This document shows, piece by piece, positions 63,946 through 64,000 of a stretch of 64,000 nucleotides of DNA. The notes below the pieces were generated by a model. That model saw only the letters and a program-made list of their open reading frames with translations, was not told where the DNA came from and did no database searches. The number at the start of each line of letters is the position of its first letter. Within the stretch, counting starts at the first letter, position 1. This stretch comes from a virus: IMG/VR virus record IMGVR_UViG_3300044998_000296, positions 2,476 through 66,475 of that record; one strand, 5' to 3'. A program made the translations under genes and the position numbers.

Positions 63946-64000
63946 ATGCAAACAACTACCCTTATGAATTCCAACCATAGAGCTTTGCTCGAACGAATCC
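63946..64000 (+). CDS. 5' fragment of ORF running off the window
   Basis: cttATG after CA leader, MQTTTLMNSNHRALLERI; may be the N-terminus of the ORF at 1-762. Confidence 0.45.
   Translation, partial: MQTTTLMNSNHRALLERI

Overview
The window looks like a near-complete, circularly permuted ~64 kb temperate tailed phage genome of podovirus-like organisation. The host cannot be read from the sequence. Five blocks are visible. (1) A + strand early/accessory region (60.2-64 kb continuing into 1-8 kb) with DUF3150-like, MoxR-type AAA+ and VWA/metallopeptidase genes and a DPPY DNA methyltransferase. (2) A long - strand late operon (43.1 kb down to 8.1 kb): large terminase, portal, scaffold, major capsid, tail/fibre, lysis genes, ejection proteins and a 4502-aa polyvalent protein. 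(3) An attP-like site with a tRNA 3'-end core next to a tyrosine integrase. (4) A + strand replication block: RuvC-like, helicase-nuclease fusion, SSB-like, family A DNA polymerase and primase-helicase. (5) An iteron-rich non-coding region and a candidate structured RNA. The most striking observation is two arrays of integron attC-like sites (about 5.7-8.0 kb and 50.0-51.4 kb) that separate small accessory genes. Their arm geometry is canonical on the - strand, so most genes lie opposite to normal integron cassettes. Several start and stop codons sit inside the sites, matched cassette ends are visible, and no integron integrase is recognisable. Product calls come from motif recognition only; no database searches were run.
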